Origin: Takakia lepidozioides
Lineage: Eukaryota; Plantae; Bryophyta
Reading direction: 5' to 3'
Length of the DNA: 64,000 nt
Assembly (NCBI GenBank): GCA_030704615.1
Contig: CM060733.1
Location: 23,126,001 to 23,190,000, forward strand
Shown: positions 1 through 13,967 of the stretch, piece after piece
Position numbering within the stretch: position 1 is the first letter of the stretch
How the letters are laid out: every line of letters begins with the position of its first letter
Position numbers and translations under genes: made by a program
The notes under the pieces: generated by a model
Seen by the model: the letters and a program-made list of their open reading frames with translations, nothing else
The model's database searches: none
What the model was told of the DNA's origin: nothing

Positions 1-2096
1 AGCTGCCCAGCTGCACGCAGCAGGGAGCGCCGCACTCGCAACTCTCGGTCACTCTGCCCATTGCGAACGGGACGGGTTTAGATTTCTGTATGATTTTTTA
101 CTAGTCAAGAGACTGATGGATAGAATCAAAGGGACAATGCTTGTTACCTCGGCATGAGGAAAAAGCAGATTTGAAACCTCCATATGGAAACTATACAGCA
201 GCCTTACCCCTTGAAAATTGTGTTAGGTTGCTGAGTGAATGCTAAGGAAAGACTGCTAATGGAGTGTTCCTTGTTAAAATGTGTCATGAAATTCCAAACC
301 TCACCTGAAATGTCCTAGAAATTTACTAGTCAAGAGACTGGTGAATAGCATAAAGAGAGAATGGTTGTTACTGTTGTTCAAAAGCACTATATGGAAACTA
401 TACAGCAGTCCTGCCCCTTCAAAATTGTATTGGGCAGCCAAGTGAATTCTAAGGAATGAATGGGTTGTTCCTTGTTAATGTATCAGAAAAGTCCATATGT
501 CACCTGAAGTTAGCTTCAACCCAAGGCAACACTGACCTTTGTGTCAGAAGCCATATACAAAAGGGATGAGTGTGTCGAATCCAGGGCAATAATGTCGCAA
601 GGTGCCGGTTGCTTGGTCTTATCACCGGAGCCTGTCTCACTGGCACAAGGAGACGGGCGGGTGTAAAGTAGGGCAGTAACCAGTGCTCCCTGCCGCCTGT
701 GGGCAGCTGCCACAGCCCCCACTGGAACATCGCAAATCAAATCTCCACTCACCACCAGGAAATCTTCAGCTGTGAGGCGGTGTGTTACTGCCCGCAGCGC
801 ATCTGCCGTGCCTACATCCTCTGGTACTGCAGCTACCTAGTCCAGGAAGATTATTCTTGTCAGTTTTTTGTGAATTTTTTTGTATCTCAGCTAATCTCTG
901 ACAAATCAAGTATTTGGACATTGCTGCTAATTTCTTCAGATTTGCAGAATGTCTAGTTACATGCTGACAACTGGTTAGAAATACTGGCATTCCCTTTCCA
1001 AAATGTTCCTATGAGATGGCTATACCACCTACATTGCACGAAAGGGCTATGACCTACATGCAACAGGTGCTCATACCTACTACTTTTTTGGGATAATTGT
1101 GCAACAACTTTTTACATGCTATAGGTTCCTAGTCAAAGCTGGATATAATTCACAAAGAAACACCTGACTCTAGGCTCTGTAGCAATCTACAAGCTAGCCT
1201 TGGGTCCTCTTCTTCATCTTCCTGTGTGCTTCCCCCACCCTCCTCCTCTTTGTACTTTCCAGAAACTGAGCGTGAGGTTTCAGGCTGACAATATGGAAGC
1301 TGATAGATTGCTTGCATTCACCAGGAGTACAACAAACTGGGCAGGTCACATACCCAGGTTGCTGTGTGAAGGTTTTGAAATAAACCCTTTCCACTTGCTA
1401 CAAGGAACTTTCGAGCACCTAATTTCTTGTAATTCATCCTGTGACCACGGCTAAAATCTAGATGCTAATATGAAAGCTACAGTATCCATAATCCTATGGG
1501 GCCAAACACAACTCTGTAGGTGCAGAGGACGATCCACCGTGCTCAGTAGTTTCAAGGACATCCCTCTCTGTGGCATAAAAGGACCCGTAGGCTCTTACGT
1601 GGTCTCAAGACCCTAAAATTCTGGAATAGCAGGACATGCCAGAAATTGGTGAGGGAATATAGAGAATTGTAAGCCGGTGTCTACGCATTAATCCCCAGTT
1701 ACATTAGCAAGCCGATATGCCCGTGCGCATCTCCCTGATGTGCCCTGTGTAGGTGGCCTTTCGGTCCTCCCAGGCCAGAATCTGACGCAACAAATCGCAG
1801 TGACACATTTGAAAGAGAAAGTGAGACCCACCCACGCCAACAAGGTAGACGCAAACCTCAACACGCAGGCGATCGTGAAAAGCTTCGGCAATCCATCCGC
1901 CAACTTGCAATGCTGCATCGTCCCCGGCAACAAGAACAATCATGTCCTTGAGTCCGCTGGCCTCTAGAAGCTCCAACACATACGATAGCACCGGCCTATT
2001 ACCCACGGGCAACAATGCCTTGGGCACATCCTTGCTCACCAGCGGATACAACTTCTTTGACAGCCCCCCCGCCAGCACCACCACCTGGAAATTCAT
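1..2096 (-). CDS. Translation initiation factor eIF2B gamma subunit, 5' part (exons ~2096-1857, 836-537, <1-~60; continues beyond window)
   Basis: MNFQVVVLAGGLSKKLYPLVSKDVPKALLPVGNRPVLSYVLELLE (NTP-transferase-like N-terminus); exon 2 VAAVPEDVGTADALRAV...VVSGDLICDVP; DRELRVRRSLLRAAGQL at window edge. Splice sites of the third exon not resolved. Confidence 0.85.
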
Positions 2097-2746
2097 CGCT
2101 GGCCCCAAATCTCCTTCTCTCTCCCCTTCTCTCCTCCGCTTGTCAAGAAAAGAAAAACATAGAACCCCGAACGGAGACTTCCTTCCATGGCTGGAGTCCG
2201 TCATCGTTCTCTGTGTCATCCTGAGCGACGCTCGTCACTGTTTACGGAGATGGCTCACGATGTTCATCACCGTTGACGGAAATAGATTTCGTCACGAAGT
2301 TTCTACTGTGGGGTTCCATGTTTTCCTTTTCTTTACAAGCGAAGGAGGAGAGAAGGGGAGAGAGAAGGAGATTTGAGGAGGGTGAGAGATGGGGCCAGCG
2401 ATGAGTTTCCACTTCGTTGCACACAGATATTCAGCACACAGATCCTTGACTTCAAATACTGTAATTTGCTTTGACAGTTGGAAGCATTTTCCTTTCTTAA
2501 CCCCCCAAATCCTAGGCATGAGCATGTTCGTATGTTCGCAATTGGAAGTATACAGGAAAGACAAAACAGGGAATGAAACCAGCTCTCGTGGTGAGAGTCT
2601 ATTGCAATGTAGCTCATTCACTTTTCCTTTCAATATTCAGCCATTGTGAGATCACAGTATATTGCATTGCCGAGAGACAGCAGCAGCTAAGGACGTGAAA
2701 AAGATTGTGAAGGCTTGCACCCAACAAGCCAAAGGCTAATCAAGAC

Positions 2747-5700
2747 TTAAAGGCCTAAGAGCAACGTAGAAGTCTCATGTTTGCCATTGGCCTCTGTTCT
2801 GCTGGAAGGTCCTGATGGAGGTTCTGGTGCAGCTTGCAACACTGGCTCAAATCTGCGCGAAGCAACATCTGGTGGAATTTCATCATCCCCGGGTAGAACC
2901 AGCAAACCACTTTCTCGCAATGAAGAGGTCTCATTAAAGGACAACTGCCACAGAAAGTCAATCAAGTGCCGCTCCTCTCTGAGAGCTGCTAAATCTTCCT
3001 GGTTTAGTCCCTTAATTTCCTCTATCCGACTACTTAGGACATTCTTTAACTGGGAATTGTCATTAGCCTTCACAGAGGCTTCACCTTTGCCTTGGTTTCG
3101 AACAATTTCCACCAGAGCATGAAGGGCCCCCTCCCGAATGTCTGCATCTGCATGGCTGGCTAGGCTGGTCAAGGACCGAAGAAACCCTAGCTGTGTTGGA
3201 ACATAAGCATCTTTGGGATTCTCTTGCAATAGGTATTGCAGCAGTTGCAGCGCTTTCCTGTCCAATAAACAGTTCAAAATGGTTAGATGAAAGTAGATGA
3301 TTCTCAATGATGTGCTTCTTCCCAGGAAGAGAGGTCAGACAGTCAGATACCTGAGCTGAAAGCCTCTCTCTAGAACTCAAGTGGAGGAAATGACCACTCA
3401 AAGCACCAGACCAACAACCGCAGCCTTAGCAAGCACAGTCTACTCAGTCATATAGGTTCCGTCTCAGACAACCAGGTCAGCTCATTCTTAATAAAGAACC
3501 ATTTGGACTACCACGTGGTCAGGACTACCTTTGAAACCTGGGATGCTCTGAAGCAAGTGCGTCTCGCAAGCCAGCATACCCATTGGACAACCGGAAAGCA
3601 GCAATGCCAGCCTTGTTGTGCCGGATCAAAGCTGCAGCATAGAGCAACCACACACTCATATTCTACAGGAGAGAAAGGCAAAAGGCAGAAGGTAATAACC
3701 ACACTAGATTCTGATATGAACATAAGGGAACCAGTTTGACATAGTTCATCTAAATCAAGTTGCCCAACATGGAGATTGCTCGTCCGGATGCATCATCCAA
3801 GATTTGTTTCTGCTCAAAGAATTGGCCAGCATATCTATCAACAGGAAGGTGGTTTTGACAAGAAGTTAGCCGATAGTCAAATCAGATTCCATTGCATCTG
3901 TCAGTGAAGAGGAGCAGTGATTGGAAAACCATTTAGACATGGATGAATACTATGGGATAATCAACAGCTAGAAATAGTAGGTAGAGGCACACATGAAATG
4001 GCGCCCAATGCTTTGGTTCGCACAGTCATATCATCATCAGAAGTGAAATCTGAAAGCAGATACTCCAGTCCTCTGGCTTCCATGACTTGTTGCTGGCTCT
4101 TTGGATTGTTTTGGACAATGGTGCTCACAACCTCCGCTGCCCGTGCACGCACCCCCGCATGTGGGCTCTTCAGGTAGCCCAACAAAGGCACCAACCCCCC
4201 TAATGCATGTATATCTGTCCACATGAAACATTAGGGATTACACATTGGTTGATTCCTACAAGAGAGAACTGAAATAAAATGGTACTTTATAATGTAAGTG
4301 GAAAGCTCAAAGAGAAAGAAACAAGAAAGAGAGCGACGCCCTCCACAAGCAACTATTGCTCACGGGTTTCTCTAAGAGTCAGTGCCTCATGCAGGTAAGC
4401 CGCCGGAAATTGATCCTCATAGTGAAAAACCTCCATGAGACATTGGGTATCTCTGAATAGACAATTGAATCTCCAACGGCTCTCATAGTAGAAAGGACAG
4501 TGATAGAAGAAATGCTCTTCACTTTTGATTTCCCTGTTGTTCCCAGCGCACGTGGGCCATAGGTGGTCCTACGTTGCAGGTTGTCCCACCTACCAGTCTC
4601 CATCTGCAGACCGTGGGAGCCCACCCTGAAGCTTCCCAATGCCCTTAAAAGAGAGGGAGATAGAGCTGCAGACAGGTAATTGGGCCGCAAGATTCTCTCA
4701 TCACGGAAGACCAAGAATGTCTTCCGATTGGACTGCAGTTTTTTTCGGTAAGATTGACTGGTTTCCATGTTCACTTGATGTGAAGTTCCACAAACTTCTC
4801 GTCCAATGCATCTATTGCGGTCCTGTTTGGACACAATTTCCAGAGTATCTTGTGGCAGTAGGAAAGCAACGGAGAGTCCATTGCGCTAAAAAAGTTGGAC
4901 ACCAGTGCATACCAGGAGCGGTCAAGAGCCTGATTGATGTTGCGAGGGCTTGGGCTGTCAGCCCTTACGGTGGAAGGGCTTGTAGCCTTGTCACAAAGAT
5001 TATAAACTGGAAGATGGCCTCAGTTTGAAGCAGTACACATGCAAATTCTGCACATAGAATTTGTGATGGTGTTGTACTGGCAGAGGTGACAACTGACTCA
5101 GAGAGCCACTTCTTGGTGGGGGTGGGGTAGCACCGGTGTATTTGCTTGCATTTAGCCTGAAGGTGTATGGAGGCAGCCTTGCCCTTTGTCAATCTGTCCA
5201 TGGCAGTCAATGCAAACTGACATTTGGTTGAGTGGATAACCAGACCCAGGTATGGGCATGATTTCACTACCTCAATCTCTAGCTTGTTGAAGAGGATTCT
5301 CTGATCAGGATGAACATCGAAAATCATGATTCTGGTTTTGCCGAGGTTGACCTGCGACCCATAATAGTCTTTGGAGAGGTATTCTAGGATGAGAAGGTGA
5401 AGTTGTAGGAAGACAGGAGATTGTGCCAGTAAAACAACATCATCGGTGTAGAGTACTGATTGTGTTGGTCCCCCATCGAAAGGCAACCCCACTCCAGCAA
5501 TGTACCCTTCCAAAGCAAGTAGAGCAGAGATAGAGCACAGACGTAGAGCAAGAAGTTCTGGGACACCAAAATAAAATGGAGAGGGAGCAAATTCAGAAGA
5601 ATGACACATACCATTGGCCATATCAATAGACTCAACATGCTCTTGAAGTTCCTCCAGCATTTCTGCAACCAAAGAGTCCCTTTTGAGCAACAGAATGTAG

Positions 5701-6789
5701 GTGGCATAGTGGCTTATGCAACTCACACCTCTCTTACCGACCCTACAGCTCTATCCATGAGAACCAATAGAGGTAGCAAAACAAGATTTGACCATGGTAT
5801 GCACAGCCAACCTAACTTTGACCTAAAATTATATGCAAAGGGATGCTGCAGACACTTTGAGGCACTAATGACAAGGGAAGGTTGCTCAATAACCAAGCTG
5901 CAGCCTGAGCCCCGAATGCTAGCTTTATCTCTCCCAACAAAAAATGTTAATGATTTGTAAGAGCATGCTCACTCACAATTCCCTGTGCCTTTCTCTCTCT
6001 CTCCCTATGTTTTTGTTTTCCCTGTCTTTTATCTCAGATACACAAGAATATGGACCCACCTTCCAACTCCGGAACTGTGACACCCTGGGGCTCTAGTACC
6101 TGAGGTGGCATGCTCATAACCAGTGTTATTTCTTTCATTCGCTTTATGGCATCAAACGTCTGTGCTTGAATGGCCTCCGTGAACCACCTCCTATCCTCCT
6201 CGCTGTTCGCCACAAACCACAAAGACGCATCACCAACACTCTCCATTCATTACTGAAAGGGGGTCAGGGCTCAACAGGGTCTTACACAATTGCTCAAAAG
6301 GAAATAGGTGAAAATTCACAAAACCCAACAACGCTTTGCTACAAAGAGAGTAACAACATATGCGAGAAACAGTGCCATGCACTCTCTTCTTATTGCAGAA
6401 TAGTCAACATAATTTAAGGGCTCAAAGACGACTGTCACCAGGATCTTGCGAAAGCTCTTCAAACAGTTCTAAAGAATTGCCGGAGAATGAAGAGAAAGAC
6501 AGGACTTCCTCCTTGTACCCCTGTCTAAGACTTCAAATTTGTGATCATACATTTTTAACATCACTACACCGACTCAGAAATTTCGAAAAAAACGATCTCA
6601 GCACCTATGCCAGCAGCTGCTCGTAAATTCACATTACCCATGGTTCACAGAAGTGCAAGGTGATGGTGAGCCTATGAAAGACCGCACCGAATCCGAAGAA
6701 TACCTAACGTGGGAGGAGGGTCCTGTACCATCGCTCTGGGCCACACTCCACTTGAACAGACCTTTCCAGTCCGGCCCCATCCCCTCCAT
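2747..6789 (-). CDS. FES1: Hsp70 nucleotide exchange factor Fes1/HspBP1 (6 exons: ~6789-6704, 6203-6060, 5670-5612, 4217-3990, 3665-3528, 3258-2747)
   Basis: MEGMGPDWKGLFKWSVAQSDG, SEEDRRWFTEAI, MLEELQEHVESIDMAN, DIHALGGLVPLLGYLK...AAEVVSTIVQNNPKSQQQV, RKALQLLQYLL; GT-AG introns. Confidence 0.9.
4400..5480 (-). mobile_element. Degenerate non-LTR retrotransposon (LINE) RT fragment in a Fes1 intron
   Basis: VLYTDDVVLLA (YADD motif)...QVNLGKTRIMIF...IEVVKSCPYLGL; typical LINE RT C-terminal region; boundaries approximate. Confidence 0.7.
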
Positions 6790-7499
6790 TTTGTAGGCTG
6801 CTCACTCGTTGTCGCTCGTTTGGCCTTTACTGCTCACTAGTTTGGTCTTTGCTCACTCGTTTATCTCTCTCGCCTTTGTCTCTGGGTGTCTTTGCCCGCT
6901 CTCTACTTTTGTGAGAACTTTCTCGATGGATCCAACAGGGCAGCAATTGTCTCAAATCAGAATGATACTACTTGAGGGAGATAATTGTAGAGAAACTGGA
7001 AGAATCCCGAAGCGCATGGAAGACGCTAGAAAGTAGGAGCTGACGACTTTGCTACATTCTTATGCCTGATGGCTTAAACGCTTAAACCACAAACCGCTGG
7101 ATGAAGTGTAATAGGAAACTGTAGACTGATGAAAAATGTGAGTATCAAGTGTACGAAGACGAAGACGAGTGTCCAGAAGGGCCCTCAACTATGAGGAAGA
7201 AACACATCACACAACCCAAAACGATCTAAACTGTTCCGGCCAACACAGGGAATCCAGTGTTCATATCAGAGCCCCAGTTTTTGACACAGCTGTAGTTCTT
7301 TGCAGCAAAATGGAGGGTGTTTTGGAGCCTGAACGGCACGCATACTACACACCCTGCATGTATCTTGTCGCATCTTTGAGAAGGGACTAGTTTGCAACAA
7401 TCACTTAAGAGATTGATATATGTCCTGTAGTCTGTGTGGAATTCAGTTGTATCATATCCCTAGCTGAGAAAGATTACCCTTAATTATCGACTGCAACTT

Positions 7500-9250
7500 T
7501 TTGCAACAGGTCTGCAGTAATGTCAGGTCCTTCAAGATTCCCCAAGGAAAGGAAGCTCCTGCTAAGTTCCAGTATACTAGCGGATCTGCAAAAGATGTTT
7601 CCATTTATTTTTGTAATATGAAGCCCTCAGTAATCAAGGTTTTTGCCAGAGGGACCTGACATTTCTTGACTGGTTCTATGGGTTGAAGTAAAAAGGGCAC
7701 TCAGATTTGTTACCCATGCTACGGAGCCCTCCACCCTGTATACAAGATTGCCTTCTCTACCAAAATGTACCTAGTAGTGGATTGCTGGGTCAGTGCGAAG
7801 AGGCCCAAGTTGGAAGTCGTCAATGAGGGTGTTCATCAACAGCCTTTGATAAATCTAAATGTGGGATGCCATATAAAGTTCCCACAACCGGGAAGTATGT
7901 TCTCTTATACAAGTACATGAATGGAGGAACGGATGTGGATCTGCATGCATGATGCCTGTATCCATCAGCTGCACCAGCGATGATTCTGTTCGCTTGTTAA
8001 CCTGCAAGGGCCATACCACAATGTGTTTCATACCTACTTTGCCGCTGCAATCCATTGGCAAGAGACACCTCCAAAAATTCCTGCTTGGAGCATCACATAG
8101 TCCGCATTGATTACATATGCTGTTCACCTGTCACACAAACATACAGTGACAGGGGACCAGCTGAGAAGCTTAAGAGGTGTCCAGGGAAAGATGTGCTCCT
8201 TAGCAAACTGAGCCCCTGTTTACAGTAGCTGTGACATATCCTTTTCAGCTGAGCTCCACAGACACTGACAGTTCCTGAGCAGCTTGTGGAAACAAGATCC
8301 ACCAGACTATGAAACTCACCCTGATTTCTTACTAACGAATTTGTAGTTGTAGGAACTAGTTGTTGAGGCACTGACATCATAATCATGAGCATAAAGTTGC
8401 TTTGACCACTATTACTGCAGTCCCCTCCCTTACACCCAGGTTGCACTGCCAGTCACACGGTAGAAAGAAAAGGCAGAAGACATTGAAAGGGATGAACCGT
8501 AGCAAAAAGCTTGAAATAAATGAAATGGATGCCCAATTTCATACCATATCAAGAAGACACCCCTTTGCTTCCCGCTATTGCTCACAACTGGGGACAGTAC
8601 CATCCAGAAGTGGCTTTCCTGAGTGTCAACCACTCCATCACCTGCACTCTCTGTCCACTCAGATGGGGTGAACTTTGGGACGTAAACCCATGGCAAGTGG
8701 CCAGGGGCAGCAGCAAACTCTGCAGCATTGCAGGACTCAAGTCGGTAGTCCAGTTCTCCATACAGGCCTTGCCCTAGCTCATCGGCCAGTTGGGTGTAGT
8801 TGTTTGTCAATTTCGCCACTATTCTCCAAGACTTCTACCAGCAGGACAACTCAGCATGCCCTGGCAAAGGAAATCAATCTAACATCCTGCCCCAGCTCCA
8901 ATTCAACTACTTTTCAATCCATAATATCAACTTGAGTGGTACCATTCTTAGATATATACTGTTCTTTCACTCGTCCAATACACCACCATCTCAAACTTCC
9001 CTGTCTCTGCCTCCTATAAATTGAGAGTTAGTGGGGCACACTCACTACCACTAGACTGCCCATACACGGTTTGGCAGTTAGGGTATGGAGAGAGAGACAT
9101 AGAGATAGAGATGACTCAATAGACTTTGCCCATAAGGCCGTAGATCCACACCAAGTTGTCATACAAGCCACTGAATGAATGACAAGAAACCCACCCCAAT
9201 CTGAAGAGACCGTAAACATCCCGGGCCACTGCACCTTGACAGCCACCTCT
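7500..9250 (-). pseudogene. ABC1/UbiB atypical kinase pseudogene fragments
   Basis: AVKVQWPG, LADELGQGLYGELDYRLESCNAAEF...VYVPK, SLVQLMDTGIMHADPHP; interrupted by frameshifts and stops. Confidence 0.7.
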
Positions 9251-10479
9251 TGTCCATCTATTTAGACCTGCTCCAACCAATGACCAGCAATATTCAAAGC
9301 AGCTCAACTGTGTGCTTGAAAAGGAGCAGGAGCTGAACAAGAAGAATAGACCCAAAGCACTGTGAAGCAGAATGTCGAATTCATAAAGAATGTTTAATCC
9401 CTTTGACTATGTGGGCCAAGGGGGCTATGTTGTAATCGGGTTAGTCTCATTCTCATTCACAGAAGACCTGTGTCCTGAACTACCGTATTGCAGCACTTTC
9501 TTTTTGTATCTCAGTGTGATTGCTAACGTAGCCAGACCTGAAGAACTGTAACATGTGGACAGCATGCGCATGTCAAGAGTGGATTCCAGCAAAGTGTCCT
9601 ACACAAGAGCAGTGGCAAATTGAGAATTTTTTCTATGTTATGCTCAAACTTTGAGCTTGTTTTCCACATTTCTCTGCAATCCATCTCATCGTTGCGATTC
9701 TGATTTCGATGAGGAGGTTGAGCCTATCTTCACGGTTGCTGGACAGAGTGGAATTTTGGACACAGCTAATCTGCTCGCACTGTATACGGTATACAGTTTT
9801 TACACATCTTGCTTGTTCACCAGTAATCCCCACAAGCGCATACTCAGTATATAAAGAAAGACTATTCGATGTCAAAACCCCAAAGCGTCGCAAACGTCAA
9901 TGTGGGTCTCTTAATCGAGATCTGATTGTCGTAAGATTTATCTTCAAGGCTCTGAAAGGATGCACAAGTGTTTGATACGATGGTTGACAAACCCCCCTCT
10001 CTATCGTACACAACGCTCTTCACGCAAACTCCACATCTGATCGGAATGATGTTTGTACAGATATGTGGACTAAGTTATCAATATGACCTGTAAGCAATTC
10101 GTGTAAATGTTGCGACAGAAACCTCAGCAATGCTTCACTGAAGTCAGGGTTCCATGCACAACAAAGTTGGGGTTGTAGGGAAACCATTTGAGACACTGTG
10201 ATGGAATTCTCACATCAGTGAAGATGGCTTGCGGCATCTATGGAACCTGGTGCAACCTCAATCGACATCTGCCCAACGCACGTAGATTACTTGGGGGGGG
10301 AGAGAAAATTCACGCCTCTCTTCCGCAGGTCCACATTACTCTCAAGTGCGTCCATCACCGCGCATTGCTTATAAGTTTGTCAAAGCTTTTGATTCTTCCA
10401 TAGCCGTAACAACTGATCAGATTCAGCAACTTTCTGAGAAATTGAGACTGCTTGTGCCTCACAACATACATCAAACTAG

Positions 10480-10980
10480 GCGGTGTTTTGAGACCCCGAG
10501 CTACAAGGAGCCAGTATGCCCACAATTACGCAGGCAAGGCTCCAGCAGACAGGGCACCTCCACTTCTCCATCAAATCCGACCTCCAATCCTCCATCTCTT
10601 TCACGCTCCAGCGCCCTTGCAACCTCAAAGTCCCGTCCTGGCAGCGTTCGCCAGGACATGCCTTCTCTTAATGAACGTCCCACTTCAACGGCCTGTCGGT
10701 CACACTGCTGAGCAGAAAAAACAACAATCCATGTGATATGCACAAGCGAGAAGAGGATTTGTCCTTCGCTGGCTCTTCATATTTATCTTGTTGGAGGCCA
10801 GACTTTGGAGAAGGTTCTGGACAATTACGAAGCACATTTGGCCAAGAGCAAGTACTTGGCAGGAGACTTTTTCAGTATGGCAGATCTTTCACCTCTTAGG
10901 TACACAGACCAGTTGCTCAGATATGTGTTTCCAGTGCAGGCTTCTTGGAATGGTGCGATGGAGAGGATATGATTTGAGAG
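10480..10980 (+). pseudogene. Phi-class glutathione S-transferase pseudogene
   Basis: TLEKVLDNYEAHLAKSKYLAGDFFSMADLS matches the GSTF C-terminal domain; degenerate upstream segment; no intact ORF. Confidence 0.7.
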
Positions 10981-12012
10981 TAGCAGGAGGAAGAGGATAG
11001 TTGTAGAGTTATTTAGCAACCAAGACACGGACAGTTAGTGAATAGCATTTAGATATTTGCGAGCTTACTTCAACTCCACAATGAGACTGACAAAACTAGA
11101 GACCAGTCAGTTTCATAGCTCTTCATTCCACAAGGCACCACTTCTGACAGTAAGTCAGCTTCATGCATACTATGAGTGACATCATCCAGTTAGCTGCCAC
11201 CACATAGGAGCTGACAAGGGATAGAAAGATGACATTTTGGAAGGCTGCTCACATGAAGAGTTGAACAAGTGCACTTTATCTAGTAGCATGTTGACACATT
11301 GACTTCAAAGAAGGAAATCGGATGCTGCAGTAGTCATAGACAATGAAACCAAAGAAAAGATCATCTGCAAGCAAAAATAAAAATCATAGCATGGAAAGAA
11401 ACTAAGCTGTTGGCTCCAACATATTGCAAAAACAAACTTCCATGCAGGGTTCTAGTTCTACATTCATAGGCCCTCTGGCATTTTGAATGTTTGCTTTGTC
11501 ATAAGACCGAGATTTACAGGATCCCAATGAGTCAAGGAGTGTAGATGAGGCCCTCTGGATATACTGTGCATGATTGACACCGCATCTCTAGCCCAAGCCA
11601 AACTTCAATTGACAGAACAGCTACAGGAAAAATTTCTTGAATAGCAATCTCAAATCAGCAGATAATAGCCATTCAGCCATAGCTATCCACGCCAGAGCAA
11701 CGCACTGCTCCAACAGCCGTCTCTCTCAGCTGCTTAGAATATGCATATGAAAAACTTTTAAAGATACCATGAACTAACCAGCACTTTCTTCCTTCCCCAG
11801 TCTTGAATATTCCATTCATTCAGATCCGGCTAAAGTGCCTCTTAAGCAGCTGGAAAGTTGAACTCCAAGCTCTCTCTCAAGCAGCACTTTCAACATTATG
11901 GCTAGATCCGCTTGCATGCATACAATGCTTGGCAATTCCATGACCAATCCTAAGGGGATCTAGAGATTCCGAAGCCCCCCTCCCCTCACTTATGGAACAA
12001 GCTATCTTCAAC

Positions 12013-13967
12013 TCACAAAAGATCTGCAACATTTGAAGGCAGCTCCTCGATTACGGTATTGTAGAACCTCTGGATGTCTTGGAGCATGCGCTCATCATCC
12101 TTTGTGACAAAATTGATGGCCACACCCTTGCGCCCAAAACGCCCACTGCGGCCAATACGGTGGAGATAGTTCTCGGGCTGGGTGGGCAGGTCATAGTTAA
12201 TGACCAGGGACACCTGCTGGACATCAATACCGCGTGCCAGCAGATCAGTGGTAATGAGGACTCGGGAGGATCCGGATCGGAACTCGCGCATGATGATGTC
12301 ACGGGTGTTCTGGTCCATATCTCCATGTGTGGCTGAGACAGTGTGGTCACGAGCTGCACTTAACACAAAAACAGAAAGTGAGCACTTCATAAACGATTAT
12401 ATGTCTAGCTCTGTGCTGTAAATCATCTGCAACTAAAACATTGGTGAAGGAGTGTTCTCTTGGAAGCCTCTAGAAACGACAATCGATATGTAAAGATCAA
12501 CGTACCACGCATCTTATCAGTAAGCCAGTCCACTTTCCGGCGGGTGTTGATGAAGATAACACTCTGGGTAATTGCCAGCGTCTCATACAAATCACACAAA
12601 GTGTCAAGCTTCCATTCCTCACGGTCCACATTGACATAGAACTGCTTGATACCCTCAAGGGTGAGCTCATCCCTTTTCACCAAGATCTTCACTGGCTTGT
12701 TCATGAATTTTCTGGTGATCTCCAGGGCTTCTGGTGGCATTGTAGCCGAGAACACACCCACTTGCAGCTTTTGGGGAAGAAGCTGGAAGATGTCATAAAT
12801 CTGCAGAGAACTCAAAGAGGCACATAGATATACTTGCTAGTGAGCCGCACTGAATATGACATACTCAAAAGAACTGGCTAGGCTAAGCAATGAACAGTCG
12901 CTAATATTAGAATCAGTTCAAAGACAGGCCTCTTACTGTTTGAGGTCACAAAAACGCCTCGAAGGAGAAGAGAAAAAGAAGACGTACTAACCTGATCCTT
13001 GAATCCGCGAGAGAGCATCTCATCAGCTTCATCCAGCACAAAGCACTTGATCGCATCAGCCCGAAGGGCATTCCGACGCAACATATCATACACACGTCCG
13101 GGGGTTCCCACCACAACGTGAACCCCACTTTGCAGTATTCTTTGATCCTCGCGAACACTGGTCCCTCCAACACAGGCATGCACCTTGACTTGGAGGTAAT
13201 CACCAAGTGCGCGCATCACCTTCTCAATCTGCTGGGCAAGCTCACGAGTGGGAGCCAATACAAGTGCCTGGCACTCCAATAGTTGGTAGTCCAATTGCTG
13301 AAGAATACCAGAACAGAAAGTAGCTGTCTTTCCTGTCCCGGACTGAGCTTGCTGAATGACATCGAGGCCCTTGGTAAAGGGCACAATACCACGTTGCTGA
13401 ATGGCTGAAGGCTTCTCAAAACCTGTCCCAACATGTCATGCTGGATTAGTAACTACGCTCACCGCTTATATTACATGGATTCCATGCAAAATTACACTAA
13501 AAAATCAGGACTACACATCTGCTCCCGCACAATAGACGTTAGCAGAACATGAACATAACAACAGAGACAACCTTACCGTAAGCATAAATGCCCCTCAGCA
13601 AATTCTCATGAAGGCCCATAGCATCAAAGGTTTCATGGACCTCCTCCCATGTAGAAATGAAATCATCGCCCTCTCCGCTCAAGCTGCAGAAGACACAACA
13701 GAAACAAAAGCTCATGTCACCTCCAGAAACCATGCGGCCTACCACCAGACACTGCACTCTTGGACGGCTGACAACTCCAGCCTATCTTTCCATAAAAGAG
13801 GAACCAGGATAAGCACTTGCAAAACCTATGTCATAAACGAAAGCAGGAGAACACAGGCACGTCTACTTCAAGTGTGCAAGACAGGTGTGGTTTTCTTACA
13901 TGGACTCCATCTTGGCGTCATACTGGCGAGCGTCAAACTGAGAACCTTCGGGTGCAGATCCTGCCAT
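12013..13967 (-). CDS. EIF4A: Eukaryotic initiation factor 4A, DEAD-box helicase (exons 13967-13900, 13683-13577, 13422-12992, 12800-12506, 12353-12013)
   Basis: [17 protein letters not shown] start; [39 protein letters not shown] motifs; ends PSNVADLL*. Confidence 0.97.

Noticed and set aside
4965-5726. 253-aa ORF as a Fes1-RT fusion
   Set aside because: Read-through of a Fes1 exon into an intronic LINE remnant; a GT donor is present after SIDMAN
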